61,080 nucleotides of DNA, filler included, from Fonticula-like sp. SCN 57-25 (GCA_001724245.1; 7 parts of 7 records of this genome joined end to end with filler, not necessarily neighbours in it); one strand, 5' to 3'; counted from the whole stretch's first letter, positions 45,524 through 58,829 are shown. The notes: generated by a model from the letters alone, not told the origin. Translations and numbers: made by a program.

Positions 45524-46167
45524 TGGTAAAAATGAATAGGCCCGCGAGGGATTGCGGGCCGCGTAAAATCACGTACCCCAGCATCCTCCTTTTGTATGCA
45601 CGCGGGCTGTGTGGTAGGAAAGGCAAGGGAATTTAGGCCAAAATTCACCAGCAGATTGCCTGTATGATTCTCTGTGAATGCACGGTTCAATCCACAGTGA
45701 ACCAACCCGACCAAACCAACCGTGACCTACCGAGACCACCAAAACCAACCTCGCCTGTCAAATTTCCGTCAACCAAATTAGAAAGAAAAATTTCAATCAA
45801 AAACTTCCTTGGCTTTGCATGCTCGGGGGGACAAATATGTGCCAACCCAACTTTGCGGTATGTATTACCCCCCCAAAAAAGCCCCTCGAGGTAGCCAAAA
45901 GTGCCCTACCCGATCGCTGGGGCCGTTACTGCGCGCGAAATCCCCCCTTTGGTCCTATTCGAAATCGAGGGGCGACCACTTTAGGGTGAGGAGGAAAAAA
46001 AAAATTCTTCGTGGTGGACGCCGGGCATATTTGCTAGGAGGGCTATAAAGAGGGAGCTGGCAAAAGGAAAAAAAGAGGCGGACTCGGTGGTCAAGGGAGC
46101 GACGGGGCGTCGAGTAGGGATCCAGTGTCTTTTCAGTGGATAGTCAAGAAATCAAACGACAAAAGTC

Positions 46168-48065
46168 ATGAGCAGCAAGTCGCTGAGAACGTGCGTAGAA
46201 CATGCCAGGTGGCCGATGCGCCGACCATCGGAAGCTGATGCGGGTGTAATTTTAGGAGGCAGAGGAGTGTCGGGCCAAAGCTCGATACGTCGGTGAGCAC
46301 GCTCGGTCGCCAGTCGTCCAACAGCAAGTTTTCGGCATATGATTCGCCTAGCTTTGATTCGGAAAACTGGCCCACGCCGCCCCTTTCCGTAGCAGGCACG
46401 CCGTCCAAGACGGCCGCCTCGCCCACAATGGATTTTTTCAGCTCTCTTTCCATGTACGTATTTTTTCTTTCGATTTCCTGTATCCTAATGCGACATTCCC
46501 AAAAGCAATTCGCCGATGGCGCCGCGTGGTGTCCCCACCCCTGTGTACGTCTTCCTTTCCACACGTGCATTGATCGCGAACATCAAGCTAATCCACCTTT
46601 TTTCCTGCAGATCATTTAGCGGATTCCCCAATTCCTCCACTCCTATGGCTGATGGATCAGCCCAGGAGGTTTCGCGCCCTCCGCTTCGCACCCAGCAGTG
46701 CGCCACCGCCACGCCCGCATGCCATCGCAACTGACACGTGACCTCTAGCCGCTCCGCCCCGGAAAGCACCCTTGTGCGCGCTGCTTCCATGTCTGCCGCT
46801 GTACGCACCCCCCCCATTTTACCGCTTTCTGAATTCTGACGCGGTGTCTCATGCGATGCAGGGCCGCAACCTTTTCTCGAGCCGCAGCGCGACCACCAGC
46901 CGCCGCTCGTCCATTGAAATGTCTGGCGAAGAGTCCGGCCGCACTTTGCCGATGATCATGACGCGCGGCCGCTCCAACTCTGTCGACCTGACCACGCCCG
47001 ACGGCGAGCGCCCCAAGCGCCTGCGTGTGCCCTCGTTTGAGCTCTACCGCACCTCGACGAGGGACTCTGACACCACCTCCAACTCTGTCTCAAGCGACCT
47101 TGGCATCTTTGACGACCCGCTCGAGGACGACGACGAGGACACTGACTCGCTCTCGCCGCTGCGCTCGCAGTCGAGCTCGTCGTCGTTCCGGCTGAGCAGC
47201 GCCTCTGGCGACCTGTCGACGCCGTCGCTGAGCCAGGCCTTTGGCCAGTCGATGAGCCAGTCGCCCAACCAGTCGCTGAGCCAGTCGCTGAGCCAGTCGC
47301 TCACGGAGCCGCTCAGCCAGACGTGCCTCGAGGAGACACAGGTGCTCGAGAGCGAGTCGTCGTCGCTGTTTTCGCAGTCGGGCGACGACGACGAAGGGCG
47401 GCCGATGCTGTCAGAGTCGTTCAACGAGGACAAGGGGCGCATGATCACGGCAGAGACGCTCCAAAAGATTCTCACCAACCAGCACGAGCACTCGACGTAC
47501 TACTCGGAGGTGGTCATTGTGGACTGCCGGTACAAGTACGAGTACGAGGGCGGCCACATTAAGAACGCCATCAACATCAACTCGGAAGAGGTGGCGAGGG
47601 AGACGTTCTTCTCGTCGCTCACCTTTGATGAAGGCTCGAGGGAGCGCACCAGGAAGAAGCTCATTGTGCTGCACTGTGAGTTTTCGTCGATTCGGGCGCC
47701 CACAATGTGCGTTTTTTTTGTGTGTGTGTTTGTGGCTGGATGCTGACGAAGGTTGATGTAGGTTCAAGTTCATTCGTCAGATGGATCGTGACGAAAACTT
47801 CAAGCACAACCAGTCGTATGGCTTCAACTCTCTGTTTTACCCCGAGATGTACGTTCTCAAGGGCGGCTACTGCAACTGGTACAAGGGCAACGACAATACG
47901 GTGCGCACAGCGTTTAGGTGTTGTTTGCCATGCTCACGCGACTTGCAGGGTTTGTGCGAGCCCAACAGTTACCAGCCCTGCCTTACGGTACCCGACAAGA
48001 AGAACGGCCGCATGAAGCGCACGGCGTCTTATTGTGCACCTATGCCTCAGCAGCTTATGTTGTAG
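46168..48065 (+). CDS. CDC25: Cdc25 M-phase inducer phosphatase
   Basis: Ser-rich regulatory region; IVDCRYKYEYEGGHIKNAIN; catalytic HCEFSSIRAP; DR..N..LFYPEMYVLKGGY. Confidence 0.95.
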
Positions 48066-48383
48066 TACTATAGCTGTTTGCATCTGTTGGATAGTGTGTT
48101 TGTTTTTGTTCGGTTAGCAAATTGGCACGAATTTTTATCATTGATGTCTGCGGTTTTTTCCTATTATGATTTTGTTTTTAATATTATTATATTCAGCATA
48201 ATTACCTCACGCAAAGGCCATGCTATTCTTATTTGTTCACTGCGCCAGTGTCGGCCATCGCTGCGCGATGCTTGTGCAAATTGAATCAGGTTTGCTCGAA
48301 TGTTGTGTCATCATTTTGGCATTGCCCGCCAATTTTGATGCGGGCGACGCCGTGCGCATCAGCATTCGGCTTTGCTCGCCGGC

Positions 48384-48919
48384 ATGGAGCCGCTTTCCGT
48401 GTGCATACAGTGTGTTGATTTTGTTAGCCGGCCACCAATACCGGGATGCGATGACACCACGGGATGGAGAGGCGCGGTCTTTGGCCGGGTGCCGGTGTTG
48501 AGGGTGTTTGGTCGCGCGACCAACGGGGAGAGCGTCTGCGTGCATGTGCACAAGGTGTATCCCTACTTTTACATTCCCTATAGTGGCGGCATTGAGGACG
48601 AGGAGGGTTCGTGTAGTGATCGTGGTCGTTGATGCGGATGTCTAACTTTTCTACGTGCAGTGCAAGCATTCCTGCATCAGCTGTTCGTGTCGACCAACCA
48701 TGCCGCCAACATCGGCCGCGGACGCCCCATGCTGCACATTGCGGGGCTCGAGCTTGTCCAGGCGCACAATGTGTACGGATACTCGCCGTCGAGCCAGTTT
48801 TTCGTCAAAGTCAAGCTGTTGTCTTCATACATGGCGCGCAAGATCGCCAACCTGCTCGAGAGCGGCGCCGTGATGGGCACCCAATTTCAGCCCTTTGAGG
48901 TACCTTTTCTCCACATACA
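48384..48919 (+). CDS. REV3: DNA polymerase zeta catalytic subunit, 5' part
   Basis: VPVLRVFG..GESVCVHVHKVYPYFYIPY, YGY..FVKV, LLESGAVMGTQFQPFE. Confidence 0.92.
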
Positions 48920-49019
48920 NNNNNNNNNNNNNNNNNNNNNNNNNNNNNNNNNNNNNNNNNNNNTTAATTAATTAANNNNNNNNNNNNNNNNNNNNNNNNN
49001 NNNNNNNNNNNNNNNNNNN
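48920..49019. other. Artificial contig linker
   Basis: N-run with central TTAATTAATTAA. Confidence 0.98.
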
Positions 49020-49144
49020 TGTATTTTTACTCTGTACAATCGTCTCTATATATTCTATGAATGAACCGGCCATTATTAACTTCTCTCTGTAAAGGTCTCT
49101 TAAAACAAGCACTGTAAATACTCTACAAATGAACCGTTCATTAT

Positions 49145-49254
49145 TCGATGACACTTAACCTTAAGTGTCATCGACGTTTTGTGACAAATTTCGATGACAC
49201 AGTCTAAGTGTCATCGATGACACATAACCTAAGTGTCATCGATGACACTTAGAC
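49145..49254. repeat. Nested inverted-repeat array built from GATGACAC/GTGTCATC
   Basis: 14-bp perfect hairpin 49145-49174; GTGTCATCGATGACAC palindromes at 49208 and 49233; 24-bp perfect palindrome 49229-49252. Confidence 0.92.
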
Positions 49255-50467
49255 CTACCCAAAAGGGAATGGCATTCAAATTGACCGGTCTGCTATGTTC
49301 GACGAGCCGCGGCGCAATTGTCTGCTCCCGCTTGCAGTGTACTAAACGTTTCCAAAACGTTTTATTTTTCGAAGCAAGAAGACGGCCATGTCCCGACGAC
49401 TCGATAACAACAATACGGAAACAACGACACAATTGCACTAATGAGGGGTGCCAAGGGGTCGCATCGCTTGGCGACAGCATTTAAGGGACGTTTGAATTGG
49501 AGACTGATCTCCCTTGGTAATGACTGACGACGGCTGCGCTTCAATCAAGACCGGTCACTATTTGCGAGATCAATCTAGGACCATACGAGGAACGTGGCGC
49601 CCCCCCGCCCCCCCCCCTGCTTTCTGGTCTGAATTACAGCAGCAGAATGGCCTACCAGCTTCACGGTGGTGATCGTGCTTACCGCCTCGAGGTCAGTGAA
49701 ACCCACCTGAAGCCCTACGTGGCAAGTGAATCCCAATAAAGAGTTTTCCGTCTCCTGTCGAAGTGTTTTGTGGTTTGCAAAAAAGCATCTTTTTGTATTG
49801 AACAAATTGGCCAAGTGTATCATTTGAAGCAGTCGGTTGATAATGTGGACATGTCAGGAGCCACCCCCACTCCCCCCACATCCTCCTGCACCGCGCGCAT
49901 CGCTCACTTGAGAGCGGTATCATTCAACTCGAGCTCTCAAACGCACCCTGAACTTTACGACACGCATTTGCGGATGTATGAGTACCCGCCGCTATATGTG
50001 CGATCAAGACCAATCCCTTCAATTATCGGTCAGGACGACGCCCTTCGACCGAGTCAACACCGTCGCTGGCCCGCAAGGCACACGCGCACACACGTGCAGC
50101 GCTTATTCGAATGCTTACACGTAGGACCAATGGCGCGCACTGTAGCTGGCTGGCAGGGGACACCCACGCCAATAGGACAGACAACGAACACGCTTCGCAG
50201 CTTGCTCTCCGACTTTTTTTGTATAGTAGTGTTGAATTTGCCTCGTGGCACTGTTCTTTTCTGTTCTTTCCCTTGGGATATAATACAAGCCCGGGCACAC
50301 TCTCACACGTCTGTGCATTCACTGTTATTCTACTTCGTGCATGGTGTCGTGCCACATATTGTCACATCAATAATTAATGTATTGGTAAGTATATAGTATA
50401 CAAGGTTTAGCAAATCTCCATCGAAACACTTCCCATCGAACATAACGATACAGCATCACACAGACGC

Positions 50468-52894
50468 TCAATGGGCCGGTAGTTTTCCTTGCTCGTAAAA
50501 GTCAGGCCTGCAATCTCATCGTTAGTTGCGCCTAAATTCGTTTAATAACAACAACGCACGCAAGTTCGCGCAGCCACTCCCGCTCTATAACAGTCACGTC
50601 GCGCATGAATGCCTTAGTTGTCACAACGACCTCTTGGTAAATGACCCATTCAGGGGCTCTCTCAAACAACACGGAGTTTGGGTGGATCGACAAAGCGACA
50701 CTGTTTGCCCCTCTCATATCTCGAACGTTACGATACGTTCCGTCCGGCATAAGCTTGGCAGCTCTCGCAAACAGACCAGAAACAAGAGCCTTTCGAATGT
50801 TTTCATGCGCGCCGTCCACGCCAGAGCAGGAAACCAAGGCAACACCTGCCCGCTCAAGATACCGAAACAGCTGCTTTCTAACAGCACTCGCGCGCACAAG
50901 AGCCTTGTAGTTAACGAGATATTTTTCGCACCACTGGGCACTGCGTCCATTTGCATCAAACGCCGCAAGAACGTTTAGCAAGGTCGCGTGGTCACCTTCG
51001 AGCACAGCAAAGCGGCGTCGATGCGTCTCTGCCTCTCGCCTACGAGAAGGCGGAAACACAAACACATTCTGCACAGAAAGCATTGCAGCGATTGCAGCGA
51101 TCTCTCGCGTGCAGCCAAATTCATCGGCACTCAACAGCTATGCAGCAACAAATCAGTCAAACTACACACACCGACAAGAACATCAACGTACTGCTTTGGT
51201 TAACAGTGGATCAAGTGGAAACTCGGCCAAACGAACGCCAACGGAATCTGTCAGACGACCTTCCTGGTCCAAGGCACCAAGCGCAGCAAGAAGCTAGCAA
51301 AGGCGCCACACATTAGCACACATCGTCAGCAAGGAAAGAAAATACCTCTACGCTTCGGACAACGAGCTCGGCTGGCGGAGGCGCCATGAAATCGAATCGA
51401 GCGATGTTGTCAATCCCAAGTGCTTTTAATTGCAAAACGACGTTTGTAAGCGAAGTGCGCTGCACCTCAGGAACGTTGGCGTTATTCAGAGCGTTGAACG
51501 ACTCTTCCGTGTATAAACGGTAGGCCTTTCCGGGCCTCGTTCTACCGGCACGGCCAGCCCGCTGCGTCGCCGAGGCCTTTGACAAAGGAACCACAACGAG
51601 GGCGTCGACGCCACTCAAAGGATCATAAGCGCGAACCTTGACAAATCCGCAATCGACCACATACACAACGCCGTCAATTGTCACCGACGACTCGGCAATA
51701 TTTGTTGCCACAATCACTTTGCGCGAACCCGGCGGTGCAGGATCAAACACGAGCGACTGCTGATCACTGGGCAAGCCCGCATACAGTGGTAGACAGTACA
51801 AACGAGGAGCACGAGAGTCCTTTTGACGGCTGCAAAACAAAAAACCGTCAACGATTTGCCAACGATCTATCAAGGTCGTCACGTACTCTCCTTCCAGCTC
51901 AGTGATTAGCCCGACCAGAGTCTCAATTTCATCCTGACCGGTGAGGAAAACCAGAATATCTCCATGCGATGCTTCCATCGTATTTATCGACACGACCGTC
52001 TCGAAAGCAGCGCGGACGTAATCGCGACAGGGCTCGTCCAAGAATAAGATTTCTGACTTTCAAGTTAGAATGATTGTGGTCGCAACCAAAACACGTACCC
52101 ACAGGAAACATCCGTCCTTCAACGGACAGAATGCCAACACCACCTTCAGCAACACCCTTGTAGTACTCCTTGAACGCAAGCGCGTCGACACTTGCGCTTG
52201 AAATAATGAGGCGAAGATCCTTCCTCTTTTGCAGTAGTTTCTTGACTAGCGCAACGAGGAGGTCACTCGCCACGCTCCGCTCATGCGCCTCATCAATCAT
52301 AATCACTGAATAGGATGATAACAGAGGGTCCATCATCATTTCACGCAGTAGCATTCCGTCCGTGAGAAACTTTAGCCGCGTGACGCCCGGTGTCCAGTCG
52401 TCGTCAAAACGAACAGAGTACCCAACAACAGCAGCGACAGTGCCCGGAGCAGACGCCAGCATCTCGCTGCGCACACGCTGACAAACCGAGGTCGCCGCCA
52501 CTCGACGCGGCTGCGTGCAACCGACCATGCGGTTCGGCCCAGTTGTCCAGCCCACCTCATCCAAGTACTGCGGAATCTCTATTGCAAACATGAGTAAACA
52601 CCACACTATCATCAAGTACACGCACGCGTCGTTTTGCCAGAGCCCGTCTGTCCCACCACAATGACAACCTGATGCTTTTCAAGCAGTGCCAAGAAAGCCA
52701 GTTCTACGAGATGTTGTGAGCGTTTTTCGGTCGGCTCGAGTTGCGGGCGTACTGTGCTCGTAGATTGGCAAGAGTGTCCGTTGGTCCGTAATCGGAAGAA
52801 CAGATGCGGCGTACGGCTGCACGCTTTCTTCCTCTCCTCGTTCAATATTGACACCCGGAGCAACGGTCCCCGGTTTCCAGAATAGCGACGACAT
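50468..52894 (-). CDS. DHX35: DEAH-box RNA helicase DHX35
   Basis: N-terminal FWKPGT, GQTGSGKTT, TQPRRVAA, DEAHER, FLTGQDEI, QRAGRAGR, IHPNSVL. Confidence 0.93.
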
Positions 52895-53211
52895 TATTCG
52901 GTCCAATCCCGATGCTGCAACGTAGCAACCGCGCCTGGTACTTGTATAATCTCGGACAAAGCACTCACCACGTCAAGTGCGACGTGCACGACACTGCTGC
53001 TTCGTCAACAGCAGGTGCTCGACGACTGCTCGACGATGGCTGACGCGGTGATGCTGCGCGGGAGGCTGCGCGGGACGCAATGCGATTGGTTGGAACTTGT
53101 AGTTCATGTATCCTGATTGGTCACAACTAGATACCAAGTTTTGGGTGACAGAGTTGTGGGTTGAGCGCCGATCGAGGCGTCGCAAGCTCAGCTGCTGCCG
53201 TTTCCGGGGAT

Positions 53212-54280
53212 ATGTTCAACAAGGCCAACTTTTATGTTATTATTTTATGTGTACTTGTGCCGTACTTGTTAAATTGGGCCCGCACGCGAGATGCAGCCGA
53301 TCATCCTGCCGCTCCACGTACGTTAGATCTTCGTCCATCGCTGTCTCATGGTGGTTGGTAGCGCTGCGCTTTGCGGTAGTACTGCCGTTTATAGAATCCG
53401 AGTTGGATGCCATAGAGCGCCACATTAAGCGCTGGGAAGGTCTTCCTCCGTGGGGTTCCGAGGAACGGCCAACCGTGCCTGGCGACCAGATAGACTTTGT
53501 GTTCTACTGGAGCAAGGGTCTGACGTCTGCCTCAACAGCACTAATGTCGCGAGTAAAGCAGTGTATGTCTGTCTGTTACATTTAAGAACATGTCAACTGA
53601 TTGGTTTCATCACAGTGCAGTCACTTGTTTCTGCTAGCGGCGCGTTTGACAATGTTTACTTTTATGGCGCCAACCTGCTTCCGTCAGAAGATCAATACCC
53701 CATCGGGGCGTCGCTCATGTTTTTTCGGTTATTTCACCACCGGCGCATTGGGGGCGTTTACGATGTCATTTTTTTGATGGAGTCTGACTGTCATATCTGC
53801 CAAGGCAACTGGCTTCGCGCACTAACCTCGCGAGCGCGCACAGCCAGCGGCGTCGGTGCAGCGGGCGAGCATATTGTCGAACAGTATGCTCACGCGTCCT
53901 CGCCGTCCGCGGCTTGGTGGATGATGGGGACAATCACGCGCACCGGCGACGAGCTACTTTCAACGTATACTTTTGCTGATCACTTGAACGGGAATGCGCT
54001 CTATCACGTTGGCGACAAGGACTTTGCCAACTTTATAGCTCGCCTCGAAGCCGATTTTCTGGAGGATCCGGCCAAGTACGTGCACTGTTATGACATTGCG
54101 CTCTACAATTTCCGACGCGATCGAAGCGTGTTCTCGTTCAAGGAGTATGGGGACACTCTGCACAAATTTGTCTACACGAACCTGGTGCAAAACTACTTTA
54201 GAACGGAAGTAAGCGCAGAGCAAGTGTGCCGCGAATCGCCCGAGACGTACTTTGTGCATGGACGAAATGTGATTGTATAG
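53212..54280 (+). CDS. Type II membrane protein, putative GT-A glycosyltransferase-like
   Basis: Signal anchor FYVIILCVLVPYLL; AVVLPF; YP.G...MF; IFLMESD (ExD in a DxD-like position); HLNGNALY; YD. Two introns. Confidence 0.55.
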
Positions 54281-54617
54281 AGTAAGATAATCTTTAATTT
54301 ATTAATTGAACAGGCAGCAAAAACTGGGCAGCTGCGTCTAAGAGATGTGGTGATCATGAAAACAAAACAAGCAAAGCAACAAAAGAAAGCCGAAAACAAG
54401 CACATGAAGCGGCGGCCTCTCCCAAGAGAAAGGCAAAAACATCAACATGCGGAGAAATCAGAAAATTAATTATTTTTGTAGAATCCTTGTATCCGTGGAG
54501 GTCCCCCCTCTATCCTGTTTGATTCTCTACCAGCAAGAAGCAAAAAAGCGCAAGAAAACCCGAACACCCGCCAACTGAGCATAAAAATGCCCACCCCACG
54601 GGAACACAGCATGACAT

Positions 54618-55700
54618 CTAGGCTGCCACCAGCGTCTTCGACTTTGACTTCTTCTTGGAGCCGGTGTCAAGATCGAGCTCCTTCGCCGACAAGGTGACAT
54701 TTCGCCGGGCCATCTGCGCCTGCGTGGTAGCGGACATGCCGATCGGGCGCAACGTTCCGCTCTGGCTTTTGGCCGGGCCAATGGCGGACGCGGACGATGA
54801 CTTCATCGTCTTGGCATCTGAAGCAGACATGGTCATCGAGCGAGATTTGGTCGGGGTTGCCGAGTCGTCATCAAGTGCAGGAGAAGACGAAGCGCGGAAA
54901 GTGCCACTGATGGAGCGCGTCCGGCCGAGGGCGTCGGTCGATTGGCTCCGGAACTTGTCGTACTTGTCCGTCGGCTTGGCTGCAAGGTTTCCAGCACTGG
55001 CGCTGGTCTCCACCTCCTCGACCTCCTCGCTCTTCTTCCTTCCTTTGAGGGTAAAGCCCTTCTTGCCCGGGCCCATCGTCGCACTCCTATTAATCTGCGG
55101 CTCCGACGGGAAAGTGCCGAACAACGACATGGGGTCAGCCAGAGCCAAGAGAATTTGCTTGAGCTCCGCCTCCGCCTCTTCCGACTGGTCCTCGGTGATC
55201 TGGCCCGTGATCATATCAGTGATCTCCTGCTGCAACGCGGCGGCCTCGGCATTTTGATTGAGGAGCTTCTCGATATCGTCCACGGACATAAAGCTGTTAA
55301 GGTCTTCGAGAGCCTCCTTGCCCTCCCTGATCGAGTTAAACACGCTGTTTTGCAGTTTCGAGAACTCGATCGAGTTGACCTAAAGGGCCAAACAGAGTGA
55401 GTAAACAGGCAGCCAGCTCAATGGGGCGTTTCGCCGAGTGCGCACCAGCGAATTAATGTTGTCGAGCATTTTCTCTACCTCTGCAACGCGGTTCAGCTGG
55501 TACCGCTTGCGCTTCAAGCACAAAAGTGCGCGGTCACGCCGCCCCGACCTCGCCAGCTCGCGGGCAACGTCAATTTCACGCGCAATAGCCTCGTCCATGC
55601 GCTTGCGCGCCTGAACCAGCTTGTCCCGCTGAAGCTTCAGCTCGAGGACAGCGCGGTCTTGCTGCGTGACGATCCGAACCTTGCTGCCACCCAGACCCAT
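54618..55700 (-). CDS. VPS20: ESCRT-III subunit Vps20/CHMP6 with long C-terminal insertion
   Basis: MGxxxS myristoylation start, QDRAVLELKLQRDKL, RALLCLKRKRYQ, NSIEF..LQ..VF..IREG. Confidence 0.92.
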
Positions 55701-56079
55701 GACGTCAAAAGTCAACGCTTGGACGAAAGGGGCTCAACAGAAAAGAAATATAAAACCCAACTCCTACGGGAACGTGCTACGGTGTTTCGTGTATCGGCGT
55801 GGGAGGAGACCTCGGCGCACGCAGAATCACGATGGCCCTGCAGCTACTGTCACTACACAAACCACACCACCTGGCAAGAAAAAAAGCCAGGCTAAGAATA
55901 GAATTGATGATTAGGTAATATGAGAATCGTCCGGTGAAGCGGCCATGGTATTGGTCGATCTTTCGTTTTGTTCCTTCGAAAAGGCCAAAGTCGGTTTCGT
56001 CGGGGTTTCGTCGGTTTGTATGATGACACACGGTTTTGGCCTTCACAAATACTGCGCGGGGCAGGAGCGTCGGGCAGCA

Positions 56080-58754
56080 ATGGCGACGACGCTGACCCGG
56101 CAGCTTGACTTTACAAAGCTATGGACACGGTTCGAAAAGGTGGCGCTGCGCTTGCTGAGCAACGAGGCGTTTGAGCTTCGTAGTGGAGTAGATTACCAAA
56201 CGTTCGTTTCACTTAACTACCAGCTGGGGCGCTCACGCGGTATCTGTCGTAGGGATATCTACCGCTCGTTCAGTCTAAAATCAGAGAACGCAGTTCGCCT
56301 TCACGACAGTCTCAAAGGCCTCTTTACTCAACACTGTCGTTCAACGTTGCAGGTGCGATTCTGATCGCCGTACTCGCCCCGTTTCCTTGCCGCTCACTTG
56401 GCTTTCCAGCTGATCATGGAGAAGGAGGACATCTTAAGCGGCTACTCTGAATGGTGGCTCAAGTACGAGCTGGGTGCCCGGTCAATTAACACGCTGTGTA
56501 TTCCGCTCAATCGGTACTTTTTGGACTACAAGGAGATGATGGCGGACTATCAAGACATTTACACGGTATGTCGTTGCTGCGACCCCTGAGTGAATGGTCT
56601 CTCACTCTTACCCTCTACAGCTTTCAATTTGCACCTGGCGCGAGCAGCTTTTTGAGCCTTTGCGCGCGAGCTATGGCAACAGGCTTATGTCCCAAATATT
56701 TTTACAAATCAACGCCGACCGTCTCGGTGAAACGGCAAACATGGCTTGTGTTGCTGTCGCGGTGCACTCCATCAGTGCGCACCGCTGTCGCACTACATTG
56801 ACAAACACTAACAATGTAATGTTTGTATAGCCGTTTTGCAATCGATGGGAAGTCGCCACGGCCAACGGGACACGTACATTGATGCGTTCGAGACCCCGCT
56901 GTTGATGCTCACGCGCGAGTTCTACGCCCGCGAAGGTGCGCAGCTCATTGCGCAGTACTCGCTATCAGAGTACATGCGGCGCGTGGAGAAGCGCTTGAAC
57001 GAGGAGCGGACGCGCGCGCTGCGCATCTGCGACGACCAGACGAATGAAAAGATTCTGAAGGAATGCTACGTGCAATTGCTGGATGCCCATATCGATCGTT
57101 TCAACAACGAGTTTAGGTCTATGATTGAAAACGAGCAGTACGAAGGTGATACACGCATTCATATTTGCACTTTTACCAACGTGTCTTCTAGATCTCCGGC
57201 GAATGCACTCTCTTCTCAAGAACGCGTCACTCGGCCCGGCCACGATGACGAGATCCTTCCAGGATCATGTAGTAGACGTGTGCTTTACAAGCGTAGATCG
57301 TCTGGGCGCAGCTGCCATTCTAAAAGACCCGCGCGACTACGTCGAGGCGCTGCTGGCAGCGCACCACAGCAGCCTGCGCTTGGTCGACTCAATATTCGAA
57401 AGCGACGTGCTGTTCGTCACGTCAGTGGACAAGGCGTTTCGCGTTGTCGTTAATGATACGTCGCGGCATCAGCAGATCCGCAGTGCCGAAGTGCTGGCGC
57501 GGTACTGTGACATGCTGCTGAGGAAGGGGGCCACAAAGCTGGTAGCCAGCGAGGTCGAGGTCGAGGACAAGCTTAACAAAGTGGTACGTACCGTCTCACT
57601 TTATCATCTAGTGCGCTCACGCAGCCGCTTGCCCTTGCAGATTACCTTGTTCAAGTACCTTGACGAAAAGGATCTTTTCCAAAAGCACTTTACTCGGATG
57701 TTTGGCAGGCGCCTTATCCAAGCCGCTTCGATTTCCGAAGACGCAGAGGCCAACATGATTGCCAGACTAAAGGTATGCAAGAGCGTTTTGTGATTGCGCA
57801 TGCTAAAGCAGAGCACAGACGGCCTGCGGGTTTGAATACACCAGCAAACTCCAAAGGATGTTTACCGATTTGAACATTAGCCAGGATCTATCAAAGAGAT
57901 ACGAGCAGAGTCCGGAGCGTCGAGCCGGCGAGCGTGCGTGTTTTTTAAGTGTTCTTTTTTATATCTAACTCGTTGCCTCCTCAGTCGAGCTGTCGGCGCT
58001 CATTCTTACTGCCGGGTCATGGCCGATCACCGAATCAACGTCGTCCTTTGCCCCTCCCTCGGAGATCTTGGACAGCGTGTCCTCATTCCAAGCGTTCTAT
58101 CTCAAGCTGCACAATGGTCGCCGAATCACGTGGCTGTTCCCTCTTTCGCGAGCCGAGCTGCGTGCCACGTTTGGCGGCAGGCGGTATGAGCTCCAGGTTA
58201 CTGTTCCGCAGCTTGCCATGCTGCTGCCCTTTAATTCTGCCGACAAGGTGACTGTTGGTGAGCTGTGTGAGATTACTAAAATGCCAATCAACGAGGTAAG
58301 CAAGGTGCTTCGCAGCATTATTGACGCGAAACTTCTTCAAGTCGTGGGCGAGCAGACGGCTGCTTTGACCAAGGACACGGCCTCGGAAGAAGCATTCAGT
58401 ACTAGCGCCGTGATTCGGTACAATTCGCAATTCTCCAGCAAGCGCACCCGTATCAAGCTTTTGGCAGCCGCGGGCGGGTCGGGCGGGGCGGCCGAAGCAC
58501 CGCAGGAACAGCAGGCAATCAAGAAGCAGATGGATGTTGACAGACAACTCTTCCTGCAGGCGCTGGTGGTTCGCTTGATGAAGACGCACAAGTCCATGTC
58601 GCACAATAGGCTGATTGAGTCGGTCATTTCAGAGTCGCGCAGCCGGTACGTTCCGCCGATTGCCGATATCAAAAAGTGCATTGAGTCTTTGCTGGAGAAG
58701 CAGTATCTGGAGCGAGATCGCAACTCAAAGGACACCTACATATATGTGGCTTAA
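56080..58754 (+). CDS. CUL2: Cullin, most similar to CUL2
   Basis: LDFTKLW start; EVLARYCDMLLRKG..EVEDKL..FKYLDEKD.F; ACGFEYTSKLQRMFTD; neddylation site VRLMK; end ISESRSRY.P....IKKCIE.L.EKQY.ER....Y.YVA. Confidence 0.8.
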
Positions 58755-58829
58755 TCCATGTGGGCTTAATTCATGCATCCCTCTATTTTCAAATATAAAT
58801 TATACAGTATAATAGTATCCCCATCAATG

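Noticed and set aside
7064-49019. Six identical TTAATTAATTAA motifs as a biological repeat, and gene clusters spanning them
   Set aside because: Each sits in a fixed 100-bp N spacer and gives stops in all frames, so they are concatenation linkers.
49770-50396. 208-aa ORF next to the palindrome array as a transposase
   Set aside because: Non-ATG start, no recognisable motif and non-coding-like composition.
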